A DNA stretch of 64,000 bases from a virus. Below the pieces are notes generated by a model. It worked only from the letters and a program-made list of their open reading frames with translations. It was not told where the DNA came from and did no database searches. Positions 54,886-64,000 of the stretch are shown here, piece by piece (the stretch's first letter is position 1; the number at the start of each line of letters is the position of its first letter). The DNA lies in the IMG/VR virus record IMGVR_UViG_3300017963_007659, positions 96,001 to 160,000 of that record, one strand, 5' to 3'. A program made the translations under genes and the position numbers.

Positions 54886-55979
54886 CTGACAAGTACAGGC
54901 CCAAGACGCTGGATGCAGTCTTCGGTCAAGATACAGCCAAGAAAATCTTGAAGGGGATGCTGACTACGAAGAAGATAGCACGCGCCTATCTCCTCACAGG
55001 TCCCCACTCCACAGGAAAGACGACGCTCGCACGCATTCTCGCGCGAAACATGAACTGTGAAAAGGGACCTGCTAAATCATGTGGGAAGTGTCCCTCCTGT
55101 AACGCGATGGACAAGAAGGTCCACCCTGACGTCACAGAGATCGACGCAGCGAGCAACCGAGGTATCAACGAAGCCAGAGAGTTGAAGGCTCAAGCCTCTC
55201 TGGCTCCTCGCTACAAGAAACGTGTCTTCATCATCGACGAAGTTCATGGACTTACGGGGCATGCCGAAGAGGCATTACTCAAGACTCTTGAAGAGCCTCC
55301 ACCCTCAACAGTCTTCATCCTCTGCACGACAGACCCTGGGAAGGTGCGCGCTACCATCCGGTCTCGGCTGAAGTGGCTCAAGCTCTCCCCTCTGAATATC
55401 AAGGACTGTGGAAACCTGGTTCAGATGGTCTCGGCTGGAGAAGGGTTCCCTCTCGACGAGACGAACTCTCAGCTCGTTGCCAAGTATGCCTACGGACATC
55501 CACGGGAAGCTCTCCACCTTGTCGAGAACATCATCGACTTCGCTGCGAGTGGCGAGAACGTGGAAGACCTGAACCAAGTCCTGGACAGGATTGTCTCCCG
55601 TGCGCTCCAGATGAGCCCCGAGATGCTCTCTGAGAAGTATGTGGAGAACGTGCTCCAGGGACTTTCGGATCAAGTCTACAAGTATGTGGCGGAAGTGGAC
55701 AACGCTCCTGCCTTCCTCGAACGTGTCTGCTACATCCTCCGTCAGAGCCTCATCCTCTCCACAGGAGGGTTCAAGAGCGCGGACGAGTATTTCGATCGTT
55801 TCTTCTCGCGGGGATGGGTACGAAACTTCGGACCGGCCCAGACTCTCAAGATCTACAACATCCATCTGGACGCACTCCTGAAAGCTTCCACCTATACCAT
55901 GGATCCTGTGGAGATTCTCATGAAGGCTGCGATTGAGAGTCTACTCATCATCATGGAATGTCCGCCAACCGCCAAGTAA
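54849..55979 (+). CDS. dnaX: DNA polymerase III gamma/tau-like clamp loader
   Basis: KYRPKTLDAVFGQ, TGPHSTGKTTLARI, CGKCPSC, DVTEIDAASNRGI, IIDEVHGL, LLKTLEEPP, TIRSR. Confidence 0.95.
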   Translation: MATEPELYYEPLTDKYRPKTLDAVFGQDTAKKILKGMLTTKKIARAYLLTGPHSTGKTTLARILARNMNCEKGPAKSCGKCPSCNAMDKKVHPDVTEIDAASNRGINEARELKAQASLAPRYKKRVFIIDEVHGLTGHAEEALLKTLEEPPPSTVFILCTTDPGKVRATIRSRLKWLKLSPLNIKDCGNLVQMVSAGEGFPLDETNSQLVAKYAYGHPREALHLVENIIDFAASGENVEDLNQVLDRIVSRALQMSPEMLSEKYVENVLQGLSDQVYKYVAEVDNAPAFLERVCYILRQSLILSTGGFKSADEYFDRFFSRGWVRNFGPAQTLKIYNIHLDALLKASTYTMDPVEILMKAAIESLLIIMECPPTAK

Positions 55980-56003
55980 CTTCAGCGGTTACCTTGTAGA
56001 CGG

Positions 56004-56822
56004 ATGAACTACAAGAATATCCTGAATGTAGCAGACGTTCTTGACTGTGACTTCAGCGAAACCTCGTTGGCAAGAGCCCTCATTCTCAAAGAAGTACACC
56101 CTGTTATTCTTGAAGAGTATCATACTCTTGTGCATGTACAGGGACCAGGAGGCGTTGGTTGGGTTCTCCCGACTTCAACGAACGTCGAATCTGTGTATAG
56201 GAGGGTCACGCGGTTGGTTTCCAAAGGAGAGATGCTGGTAGTTCCACCCTCTCTCCTGGACAAACGTTGTATACCTCTACCCCATGACTTTACATTTATT
56301 GGGGAGACCTCCTACATGGAGGGACAAGCGCACTCTCCGCATTACAGCCAGTTCTCCAAGGACCCAGACAACTTCCGGATCATCCCTCTCTACTCTGAAG
56401 GATACGACCCCGATAGTCTCCACATCATGCTCATGGAGTGGTTCAAAGATGACCTTCTCCTCTCCGAGTATGACAAGCATGCGGTAGAGCATCTGATTGG
56501 CAAGCGACCTTGGTTCGCCGATTACGTGGGCCTGAAGGGACTCATCCTTCAAGAAAGAGTGCCCATGGAGTCTGCCGACATCTGGGAACCAAGAGGACTC
56601 ATCATCACGGCGCAGCTCTCCAAAAGGCGTTGGGGTGTGCTCTACAGGTTCGGAGAGGACACACAGACCTATCTCACTACCTGTGCTGCCAATACCTACT
56701 TTGCCCCTGAGTTCGACGATGGCTGCTCCAAAGGCGACTCCGCGCTGCACTTCTTCAAAGCTGGTCTGACCAAGACTATGGTGCCGCTCTATCAGGCTAC
56801 GGGGAAACTTAGTCAAAGCTAG
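56004..56822 (+). CDS. Hypothetical protein
   Basis: 272 aa ORF; GGTTACC motif upstream. Confidence 0.7.
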   Translation: MNYKNILNVADVLDCDFSETSLARALILKEVHPVILEEYHTLVHVQGPGGVGWVLPTSTNVESVYRRVTRLVSKGEMLVVPPSLLDKRCIPLPHDFTFIGETSYMEGQAHSPHYSQFSKDPDNFRIIPLYSEGYDPDSLHIMLMEWFKDDLLLSEYDKHAVEHLIGKRPWFADYVGLKGLILQERVPMESADIWEPRGLIITAQLSKRRWGVLYRFGEDTQTYLTTCAANTYFAPEFDDGCSKGDSALHFFKAGLTKTMVPLYQATGKLSQS

Positions 56823-57008
56823 GTGATGCTTGAAATTCTATTTAGCATAGACGCCACCCTACGGTTGCTGCTCGTCTACTGTGTCCTATCGATGACGGCG
56901 ATGACTGTTCTCCTCTTTCTCATCTGGCTCCAAATCAAACGAGTCAATAATAAAGAGGATGAGAAGACAGAAACCAAACGGAACTCCACAGATAAGAGAT
57001 CTCCTTGA
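56823..57008 (+). CDS. Small membrane protein
   Basis: Single TM segment; TAGTCAAAGCT upstream. Confidence 0.55.
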   Translation: MMLEILFSIDATLRLLLVYCVLSMTAMTVLLFLIWLQIKRVNNKEDEKTETKRNSTDKRSP

Positions 57009-57142
57009 CACGATTCTTGTAGCCGTAGAGAACCATCACATAGAGTGGTACGACGCCACGGAGGGGACGGTTCCCATAGAGCCCCTCGACAAGAAGCTCT
57101 GGGATACAGCGAAAGAGGTCCGTGACGCTTTGGAGGGCAACG

Positions 57143-57514
57143 ATGACAGACTCAGAGGGTAATACCGTCGAGCAGCCTTGGGTGGATATCGTTCCGGGGC
57201 AGATGAATCAAACCCATCAGCTCATGGGATGCATCGCTCCACTCTTGACGTACCTGGAGGGCTATGATTCCAGATCCCTCCACACGCTTCTTAGCATGAA
57301 TCAGAACCCTTACTGTGAAGGGGACGGTTCGATGTCTGTCGAACAATGGAACGCAGCGGCTGATGTTAACGATATGGTCAACGACCTCCGAGAGGCATGT
57401 AGGGCATTCATGAACGCTCCGCTTGGTCCTGCTGTTCGTGAAGGACCTCGACACATAGCTCGTGCTTCCAAAGTCATCGCTAATGTCTTCGCAGACGACG
57501 ACATCCCTTTTTAG
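57143..57514 (+). CDS. Hypothetical protein
   Basis: GGAGG RBS. Confidence 0.65.
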   Translation: MTDSEGNTVEQPWVDIVPGQMNQTHQLMGCIAPLLTYLEGYDSRSLHTLLSMNQNPYCEGDGSMSVEQWNAAADVNDMVNDLREACRAFMNAPLGPAVREGPRHIARASKVIANVFADDDIPF

Positions 57515-57532
57515 GAGTATTTAAGGTAAGTT

Positions 57533-59938
57533 ATGACAGCTACGTTCAAACGCCTTCGAGCTACCAACACTCTCACCTACCGTGAGTTGGATGTCCCCCT
57601 CGACAACCAGGGACTCGTCCTCATCACGGCGAAAAACAAGGACACAAACGGGAGCAATGGGTCGGGGAAGTCGAACATCTGGGAGATGCTCTGCCATCTC
57701 ATCTTCGGGACAACGGGGAAGGGGCTGAACAAGAAGGGAATCATAAACCAGTTCGTAGGCAAGGACATGCTTGTAGAGCTGGACCTGGAGGTCAACGGTA
57801 CTCCCTACACCTTCGTGGAAGCCAGAAAGCACAAGAAGCACGGGACTGGTTTCCAGGTTCTCGAAAATGGGAATGACATCACGCCCAAGCGATCTGCTGG
57901 AAAGAATGAACCTCAGCTCCTCATGCAGGAGATCATCGGGTTCTCCCTACCAGAATACCTTGGTATGGTCTACCTCTGTCAGAAATTCAACCATGTGCTC
58001 GTCAAGGGAACGAGGAGCGAGAAACAAGCCTACCTCTCCGCACTCTTCGACCTCGACAAGTATGAGGTGCTCCACAAAGAGGCTAAGGAGCGGTCCAAGC
58101 AAGTCGAAAAGGACATGGCAGGCTACCAGTCCTATGAGAGAGACCTGGAACGCTGCAATGAAACCTTGGCTAACATTCCGGATACCGCTGTCCTCACACA
58201 GGCCCTGAATGACTCCACAACCATCATCAGTCAGAAGAAAGAGGAGAGGACTCTCCTGACACAGGAGATCACCAAACTCCGAGCTGCCAACCAGCAAGCC
58301 CAGAGGAAAGTTGACGCCCTCTCTGCCTTGAATGACCTCAACTTCGCTGTCATATCTGAAGAGGCGTTCCAGACGCAGCGTACAGCGGTGGAAGCGAACC
58401 TGACGAAGGTACGTCAGACAATCAAGTCTCTGGAGCTGATGATTGAAAAGCTGAAGCACCGGGAGAAGGTCCAGAGCCAAATCCCAGCTCCACCGACACT
58501 GAGTCAGCAGGAGCTTCTTGACACAGCGCAGCAACTCCGCAGCAGCATTCCCACCAAGCAACTCCTCATTCAGCAGATTGAGGAGCGGAATCGAATCGCT
58601 GTGCAGCTCGAACAGTTCAAGACGCAGAGGGAAGCCTATCCCCCTCCTGAAGAGCTTGACGCCTCTCTTGCGAAGCTTCGAGAAGAGAACGCGACGGTCA
58701 AGGCTCAAGTACGAGAAGCGGAGTTCGCGCTCCGTGCTGCTACAGAGGCGAAGAAGTCTCTGGACGATATCACCGGGAGCGTATGTCCCACCTGCCATCG
58801 TGGAATTTCTCCGGAAGAGAAAGACCTGCTCATTACTGGTTTGGGTCTTCCGGAGAAGCAAGCCTCCTACGATACTCTGAGTCAGCAGGGACGAGATCTC
58901 GTAGCTGAAGAGGCGCAAGTCGTACAGCAGAAACTCGCTGTGGACAAGATCTTCGAGGAGGAGAAACGCCTCCTAGAGCGCTACGTGACCCTTCCTACGG
59001 ACATTCTTGAAGAGGTGCAGGAAGCCCTTCAAGAGAACCAGGAAGCCCTCCAGACGGCTGAGAACCGCCTACAAATCTGGTCTACCATTGAGACCTTGAA
59101 CGCGCAGCTCGCCAACTTGCCTGAAGGCGACATTGCCATGAACGAAGCTGTTCTTGTGGACTTCCAGGAGCAGAAGGCGGCCTACAAGAATGAGGGTGAC
59201 ATCCTCAACAAGGTGTCCATTTGGATTCGAGATGCGAACTTGGACACTGATGACCTTACGGGGGATGAGGTGCTCCAGGAGAAGCAGGGGATTCTTGAAG
59301 ATCTGACGACTCAGATTGAGGACCTTATTAAAGAGCAGACTGTTGTACAGGGACAGCTTCGCGAGAGACATGAAGTCGAGACCCTGAAGCAGACGGCTGA
59401 AGAGATGTTGCAGGAAGCCTCTGCTCTTCGCCCCCGACAGATTTATCTTCCCAAGCTCGTCGATGCGTTTGGTCCGAAGGGACTCAAGACGGTTCGCTTG
59501 GATATCATCATGCAGCAGCTTGTGAAGATTCTGCCACACTACCTCAATCCCCTCTTCTCTGGTTCTGGTTATAAGGTCAGCGTGGGCAAAAATCTAGAGT
59601 TCGAGCTGTCGATGCAGCATGAGGGAAAGAGGATCGTACTTCCAGGTAAGGGGACGAGCGGAGGGGAAGCCAAATCTCTCGATATGGCGAACCTCTTTGC
59701 GCTCCGAACGTTGCGAACATCGCATAAGTCCGCTAATATATTGATTGTGGATGAGCCTTACGGAGACTTGGACGCAGGGAAGCGAGGTATCTTGACTGAC
59801 CTCTTCCAGCAGCTCCGAGCTACTGAGGCTGTTAGTAGCGTGTTCGTAATCACGCATGAATCTGAGGTCTTACAGCACTCCTTTGACAAGGTTTGGACTG
59901 TGGTCCGTGAGAACAACGAATCAAAACTGAAAGTGTGA
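57533..59938 (+). CDS. sbcC: SbcC/Rad50-like recombination nuclease ATPase subunit
   Basis: GSNGSGKSN Walker A, long coiled coil, CPTC Zn hook, TSGGE signature, LIVDE Walker B, VITH. Confidence 0.93.
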   Translation: MTATFKRLRATNTLTYRELDVPLDNQGLVLITAKNKDTNGSNGSGKSNIWEMLCHLIFGTTGKGLNKKGIINQFVGKDMLVELDLEVNGTPYTFVEARKHKKHGTGFQVLENGNDITPKRSAGKNEPQLLMQEIIGFSLPEYLGMVYLCQKFNHVLVKGTRSEKQAYLSALFDLDKYEVLHKEAKERSKQVEKDMAGYQSYERDLERCNETLANIPDTAVLTQALNDSTTIISQKKEERTLLTQEITKLRAANQQAQRKVDALSALNDLNFAVISEEAFQTQRTAVEANLTKVRQTIKSLELMIEKLKHREKVQSQIPAPPTLSQQELLDTAQQLRSSIPTKQLLIQQIEERNRIAVQLEQFKTQREAYPPPEELDASLAKLREENATVKAQVREAEFALRAATEAKKSLDDITGSVCPTCHRGISPEEKDLLITGLGLPEKQASYDTLSQQGRDLVAEEAQVVQQKLAVDKIFEEEKRLLERYVTLPTDILEEVQEALQENQEALQTAENRLQIWSTIETLNAQLANLPEGDIAMNEAVLVDFQEQKAAYKNEGDILNKVSIWIRDANLDTDDLTGDEVLQEKQGILEDLTTQIEDLIKEQTVVQGQLRERHEVETLKQTAEEMLQEASALRPRQIYLPKLVDAFGPKGLKTVRLDIIMQQLVKILPHYLNPLFSGSGYKVSVGKNLEFELSMQHEGKRIVLPGKGTSGGEAKSLDMANLFALRTLRTSHKSANILIVDEPYGDLDAGKRGILTDLFQQLRATEAVSSVFVITHESEVLQHSFDKVWTVVRENNESKLKV

Positions 59939-59948
59939 GGCGTAAGCT

Positions 59949-60341
59949 ATGCCTAAAGGGTCAGACCTGTATATGTCCGCTGCGATGTCCGCAGCCATGG
60001 TTGAGGGAGATTGCACAGAGTACAACTGTGTGAACTGCAAAGCACCGTGCTGTGGGTTCCATGTTGGCCTCAATGAGCAGGAGTTGAAAAACGGGCACTA
60101 CCTTGTGACCGAAGCTCCTGGGTATCCTATTCTGGCTCGTACAAAGGAGGGGGCTTGTGTATACCAGAATCCTGATGGGTCTTGTGGTATTTACGCAAGG
60201 CGTCCGTGGATTTGTCGAACCTATACCTGTGAGAAGGATACTCGAATTGACGACGTAGCTCGTTTCGAGACAGGACGTCCCAATATCGATACTCTCCTTC
60301 CAGATGAAAAGGCATCGGATGGCGAAGACACAAACAAGTGA
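59949..60341 (+). CDS. YkgJ/FliB-like Zn- or Fe-S-cluster protein
   Basis: CVNCKAPCC...CVYQ...CGIYARRPWICRTYTC. Confidence 0.8.
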   Translation: MPKGSDLYMSAAMSAAMVEGDCTEYNCVNCKAPCCGFHVGLNEQELKNGHYLVTEAPGYPILARTKEGACVYQNPDGSCGIYARRPWICRTYTCEKDTRIDDVARFETGRPNIDTLLPDEKASDGEDTNK

Positions 60342-61185
60342 GGAAATGCCAAAGTGCCGTGTCAAAGCACATGGCTACTGTAAGGGGCAGTGCGATACGT
60401 GTATTTCTCATGAAGTAGCTGAAGTCATTGCAATGGTGTCTGCTTCAGACCCGAAGACGGCACAGCTATGTCTTCAAGAATTGGACTTCGGCACGGTCTG
60501 GGACAAGATTCCGGAGAACTTGAAAGCTCCTCCTGAAGACCCCTTCTACTGCTCTATTCTTAAGACAGAGGTCGTCGTTCCCTGTTTGCTGAGGAGTTGT
60601 CCCTATTGGGTAGATAGGACATCAGCGCAGAATTGTCTCCTGTGCTACTACAAGGAGCAAGAGGGAAACGAGGAGCTATCAACACGGGAGATTGCGGAGG
60701 TCTTAGACTACACGGTCACGGAAACGAACAGCCTGTTGGAATCTGCTATCACTGCTCTTAGGCATATGGCAATTGGTCTTCCTGTCGGCAGTCAAGACTT
60801 GCAGGCGACCTTCGAGTTCGTTCAGACGGAGTATGTGTGTTGTGTCTGTGAGAGACCTACACCAGAGGACCTGACGGAAGTGCTGAGAATCCCAGAGCTT
60901 GGGTTGGCTTACTGTTCTTTGGCTTGTAGAGTACGGAAGAATCCTACAGTGATTCATCTGGAACACAAATTCCATGCGGACATTGCTGACATTTTGACCT
61001 GGACGTTGGCCAACTTTGTCAAAGCGAGTGCTATGGAGCAGGCACTGAACATGGATTCCTGTGCGATTCAGCAGCTTATCCGCCAATTCCTTGGGAAAAA
61101 CGCCTTATCCGCCTTCCCTGGAGAGAAGCTCCCTGAAGCTATTCAGCCCTTCGAGGCGCTCTTCTCTTTCAACAAACTGGTTTAA
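60304..61185 (+). CDS. Cys-rich protein with sigma-region-4-like HTH
   Basis: ELSTREIAEVLDYTVTETNSLLESAITALR plus several CxxC groups. Confidence 0.5.
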   Translation: MKRHRMAKTQTSEEMPKCRVKAHGYCKGQCDTCISHEVAEVIAMVSASDPKTAQLCLQELDFGTVWDKIPENLKAPPEDPFYCSILKTEVVVPCLLRSCPYWVDRTSAQNCLLCYYKEQEGNEELSTREIAEVLDYTVTETNSLLESAITALRHMAIGLPVGSQDLQATFEFVQTEYVCCVCERPTPEDLTEVLRIPELGLAYCSLACRVRKNPTVIHLEHKFHADIADILTWTLANFVKASAMEQALNMDSCAIQQLIRQFLGKNALSAFPGEKLPEAIQPFEALFSFNKLV

Positions 61186-61243
61186 AAAGCAAAGGTTATC
61201 TTTAGATGAAGTTCTTGACGCACAGAAAAAGGGTTGGTTTACG

Positions 61244-61993
61244 ATGAGCCAAGATATGTTTCAAAAATTCCAAGAGCGAAAAGCTGCTGCTGGGCGTCCA
61301 AGGGGCGATCTCTACCTCGCAGACATTCAGCCCATGGACTCCAAGAATGCCGCGCGCATCCTGCTCGGGTATCATTCGTCTTTGAAAGAGCCGACTATGG
61401 ATGAAGTTCAAGCATTCGTGGTTCAGCGCTTCAAGGGTAAGGTCGAGCCTGTTTCGCGCAGTGCTGCTCGACATCCTGATGTCAATGGGTTCAGCTTGGT
61501 CGTCAAGTCTTTCACGCCTCGTCGACCGATTGGCGATGCTGATGGCATGACGCGAGTCACTGGTTCAATCTACACAGACAAAGAGAACGTGTTCTGGGAT
61601 GTGGACACCGACGAGAACGGCACGACTTTCCTGGCTCGCAGGCAAGAAGCTACTCTCATGGACATCCTGAACGAGCATCGCGCACCGTCCAGCCTCAAGA
61701 ATGCCAGCTTCGCCAAGACCCAAATCTCGGCTGCGGTTGTGTATGCTGGAGATACGGTCAAAGGCTACGCGAATGGTCGTCTGTACGTCGGAACGGTCAC
61801 CGACGTTCGTGGAACGGACATCATCGTTCAGCCGAAGCAGGGGGAAGCTCTCAAAGCTTCTCTGACTGAGATTATCTCGGTTGAAGAGCGAACCGCTGAG
61901 CTGGACAATGCGACGAAGCAGAAGCTGTACGAGTACTACACTCAAGCCTACGGCAGCGAAGAGTACGCTCGTAAGCTCGTATACGGACCGTAA
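61244..61993 (+). CDS. Hypothetical late protein
   Basis: Strong phage codon bias; GGTTATC upstream. Confidence 0.7.
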   Translation: MSQDMFQKFQERKAAAGRPRGDLYLADIQPMDSKNAARILLGYHSSLKEPTMDEVQAFVVQRFKGKVEPVSRSAARHPDVNGFSLVVKSFTPRRPIGDADGMTRVTGSIYTDKENVFWDVDTDENGTTFLARRQEATLMDILNEHRAPSSLKNASFAKTQISAAVVYAGDTVKGYANGRLYVGTVTDVRGTDIIVQPKQGEALKASLTEIISVEERTAELDNATKQKLYEYYTQAYGSEEYARKLVYGP

Positions 61994-62028
61994 TAGCTGG
62001 TGCTGAAAGCACCTGGGAGAATGGTGCT

Positions 62029-62679
62029 ATGACCTCCTGTCCTGTCTGCCTGAACAAGGATGCAGAGACGCTTGAAGCGATCAAATCCGCCTACCTGGAT
62101 GAAGGTGCATCTGCGGAGGAGATATCGAGCGAGTTCAGCATTCCCTACGACCTCATCATGGAGCATCTCTCCAAGTGTATCACCTCTGGCGAGAACAAGA
62201 TCGATGGTATGAATGATCGGTCTGAGGACCTCCAGGAAGTATACAGGAAAGTCAAAGAAGCGCTAGATGAGGCGCATATCACCTACATGGCAGACTCCAA
62301 GGGCAGTAATGCCCAAGGGTATTCTCAAATTCTGATGCAGTTTCGTGGACTTGTTCAAGACATCCATCAGCTCGACAGTCCAGAGAAGCTCGCCAGTGAG
62401 CTAGCGAATGACGTGGTTGGACCTCTTGTCTCCCGTGTCATCACTACGGTAACTGAAGAGCTGCATCGTCTCCGGGAAGACCTGACTCCTAAAGTTGGAG
62501 CGGAGCACTCCAAGGCGGTCAGCAATGCCTCCAGCGACATGCTGAAGCGTATTGGTTCTAGGCTCACCATGGACCAACAAGAAGCTGTAATCAAGATTCA
62601 GAAGCGCTTCAATGTCGTCGGGGATGACGAAGGTTCCAAGAAGAAAAAGCCCTACAAGAGTGACGCTGCTCTACACTAA
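62029..62679 (+). CDS. Possible terminase small subunit
   Basis: CPVC followed by an HTH-like segment and helices; directly upstream of terL. Confidence 0.45.
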   Translation: MTSCPVCLNKDAETLEAIKSAYLDEGASAEEISSEFSIPYDLIMEHLSKCITSGENKIDGMNDRSEDLQEVYRKVKEALDEAHITYMADSKGSNAQGYSQILMQFRGLVQDIHQLDSPEKLASELANDVVGPLVSRVITTVTEELHRLREDLTPKVGAEHSKAVSNASSDMLKRIGSRLTMDQQEAVIKIQKRFNVVGDDEGSKKKKPYKSDAALH

Positions 62680-62745
62680 CGAATCCACTGAAACCTTCCT
62701 CGGTTACTTGTAGGAGAGGGAATGCCCTCTTTTTAGTGGACAACT

Positions 62746-64000
62746 ATGCCTAAAGTAAAACCTACCATTTTAGAGGACCCTACTGCGGTTCCGTCTCTGG
62801 ACTTGCCAGATCCGGAAGCAATGGTCCAACAAGCTATAGACGCTGACCTTGACGCTAGCGTCTTTTCCATTGACGAATCGGGTATTGAGTGGTGCCCTAA
62901 CATTGTTGAATGGGTCACTGAGCCCAAATTCCTGTCAGCAGAGAACCCTCCCTTCCCAAAGCAGATGCAATGGATGCTTCAGCTTTTCGAGGACTACTGC
63001 CCTCATTGTAGTGATTACGACTACATACAGGACGTCCCTGCCGGGTCCTCTTTCGATGAGCTGTTGGATAGGGTTCAACCGCTGGAATTCGGCGTATGCC
63101 CTAAGTGCAGAAAGAACAAGCTCCAATTCGAGAAAGAGGGGCTGTTTCACTTCCCGAATGAAGTCAACGTGTGCGCTGGGATGCGCTCTGGTAAAACAGC
63201 ATGCGCTGGGATGATTACCAGCTATCATATTCACAAGTTCTTGCAGCTTCCAACTCCTGCGAAGACCTTTGGTCTCTTGACGGCGAAGCAGACGCTGTAT
63301 GGCACTTTCACTGCGACTACTGCGGGTCAAGCTGAGCAAACGCTGTGGAAAGCCTTCAAGGATTTGCAGGACGGCTCCGCTTGGTACCAAGAGTACATCA
63401 GCTTCATGGAGGACAAAGCAGCTCGTCTCGGTACGGAGCTGTACCGTGAAGGTGATACCTTCGTCTACTTCATCGGGAAGCGCATCTATCTCACCTACGC
63501 TCCTGCTGACATGAAGAAGCTTCGTGGTCGCACGAGGTTGATTGCTGGGGTCGATGAGATTGGCTTCATGGATGACAACCCACAGCGCGTCACGGCGAAC
63601 GCGGATGAGACATACGAAGCTCTAATCAAGTCTCTACGTACTGTTCGCTCAGGAGCGGAAGAGCAGCGGCGTCGTGGGAACTTCAACATTCCAGACGGTC
63701 TCATGATCAATATCTCATCGCCATGCTCCGCTTCGGACAAGATCATGCGTCTGGTGGAAGAGTCCATCAGAGACCCGCGAAGAGTTTGGGATCATGTCTC
63801 CACGTGGGAAGCCAACCCCACAATCAAAGAAGAAGACCTCGCTTCTGAGAAGCGTGCGAACTACGTCACGTACCTGCGAGACTACGGTGCTATCCCTCCG
63901 ATGGCGCATAACCCCTTCATCTCCTCAGAACAGTCAGTCTTGAAGCTCGCGGACAACACCATCGTTGGTCCAGGGACGATGCAGTATGAGACGCAGAAGG
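62746..64000 (+). CDS. terL: Terminase large subunit (partial, runs off the window)
   Basis: Not in the ORF track. Hand translation gives CAGMRSGKT (Walker A), ATTAGQA, KLRGRT, AGVDEIG (Walker B), INISSP, STWEANP. Confidence 0.9.
   Translation, partial: MPKVKPTILEDPTAVPSLDLPDPEAMVQQAIDADLDASVFSIDESGIEWCPNIVEWVTEPKFLSAENPPFPKQMQWMLQLFEDYCPHCSDYDYIQDVPAGSSFDELLDRVQPLEFGVCPKCRKNKLQFEKEGLFHFPNEVNVCAGMRSGKTACAGMITSYHIHKFLQLPTPAKTFGLLTAKQTLYGTFTATTAGQAEQTLWKAFKDLQDGSAWYQEYISFMEDKAARLGTELYREGDTFVYFIGKRIYLTYAPADMKKLRGRTRLIAGVDEIGFMDDNPQRVTANADETYEALIKSLRTVRSGAEEQRRRGNFNIPDGLMINISSPCSASDKIMRLVEESIRDPRRVWDHVSTWEANPTIKEEDLASEKRANYVTYLRDYGAIPPMAHNPFISSEQSVLKLADNTIVGPGTMQYETQK

Noticed and set aside
57533-59938. 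Complete SbcCD/Mre11-Rad50 pair
   Set aside because: No metallophosphoesterase (SbcD) gene was recognised in the window.
1-64000. tRNA or rRNA genes, integrase, or stop-codon reassignment
   Set aside because: No cloverleaf or integrase motifs were recognised by eye. Recognisable genes are full length and end at TAG, TAA and TGA alike.

Overview
This window looks like an internal 64 kb segment of a large contractile-tailed (myovirus-like, probably jumbo) dsDNA phage genome. It uses the standard code, and no integrase, tRNA or CRISPR array was recognised. It contains an early region of single-gene cassettes, each behind a near-identical sigma70-type promoter plus RBS, including ArdC and a Pol-beta-type nucleotidyltransferase. 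It encodes bacterial-style replication and recombination genes (DnaB, a DnaN-like clamp, DnaX, Prim-Pol, SbcC/Rad50, and class II RNR with a mini-intein), two RNA ligases, PepF and a matrixin-like protease. It also carries a tail module (sheath, tube, -1 frameshifted chaperone pair) and the start of the large terminase. The strongest signal is a transposase-less, catalytically intact IS607-type TnpB inserted at a GG inside a structural gene. The element supplies a synonymously recoded replacement for the last 30 codons of that gene, while the other intact copy of those codons sits where the omegaRNA guide is expected. This suggests an RNA-guided homing element that repairs its target and is self-immune. 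About 1.5 kb upstream of it is a second TnpB that has lost two RuvC aspartates (TldR-like). Its 3' end carries a sequence matching the -10 region of the early promoters. Three promoter-like motif classes and a strongly over-represented 9-mer (TTCTTGTAG) are also visible. All product calls come from motif recognition by eye; no database searches were run.
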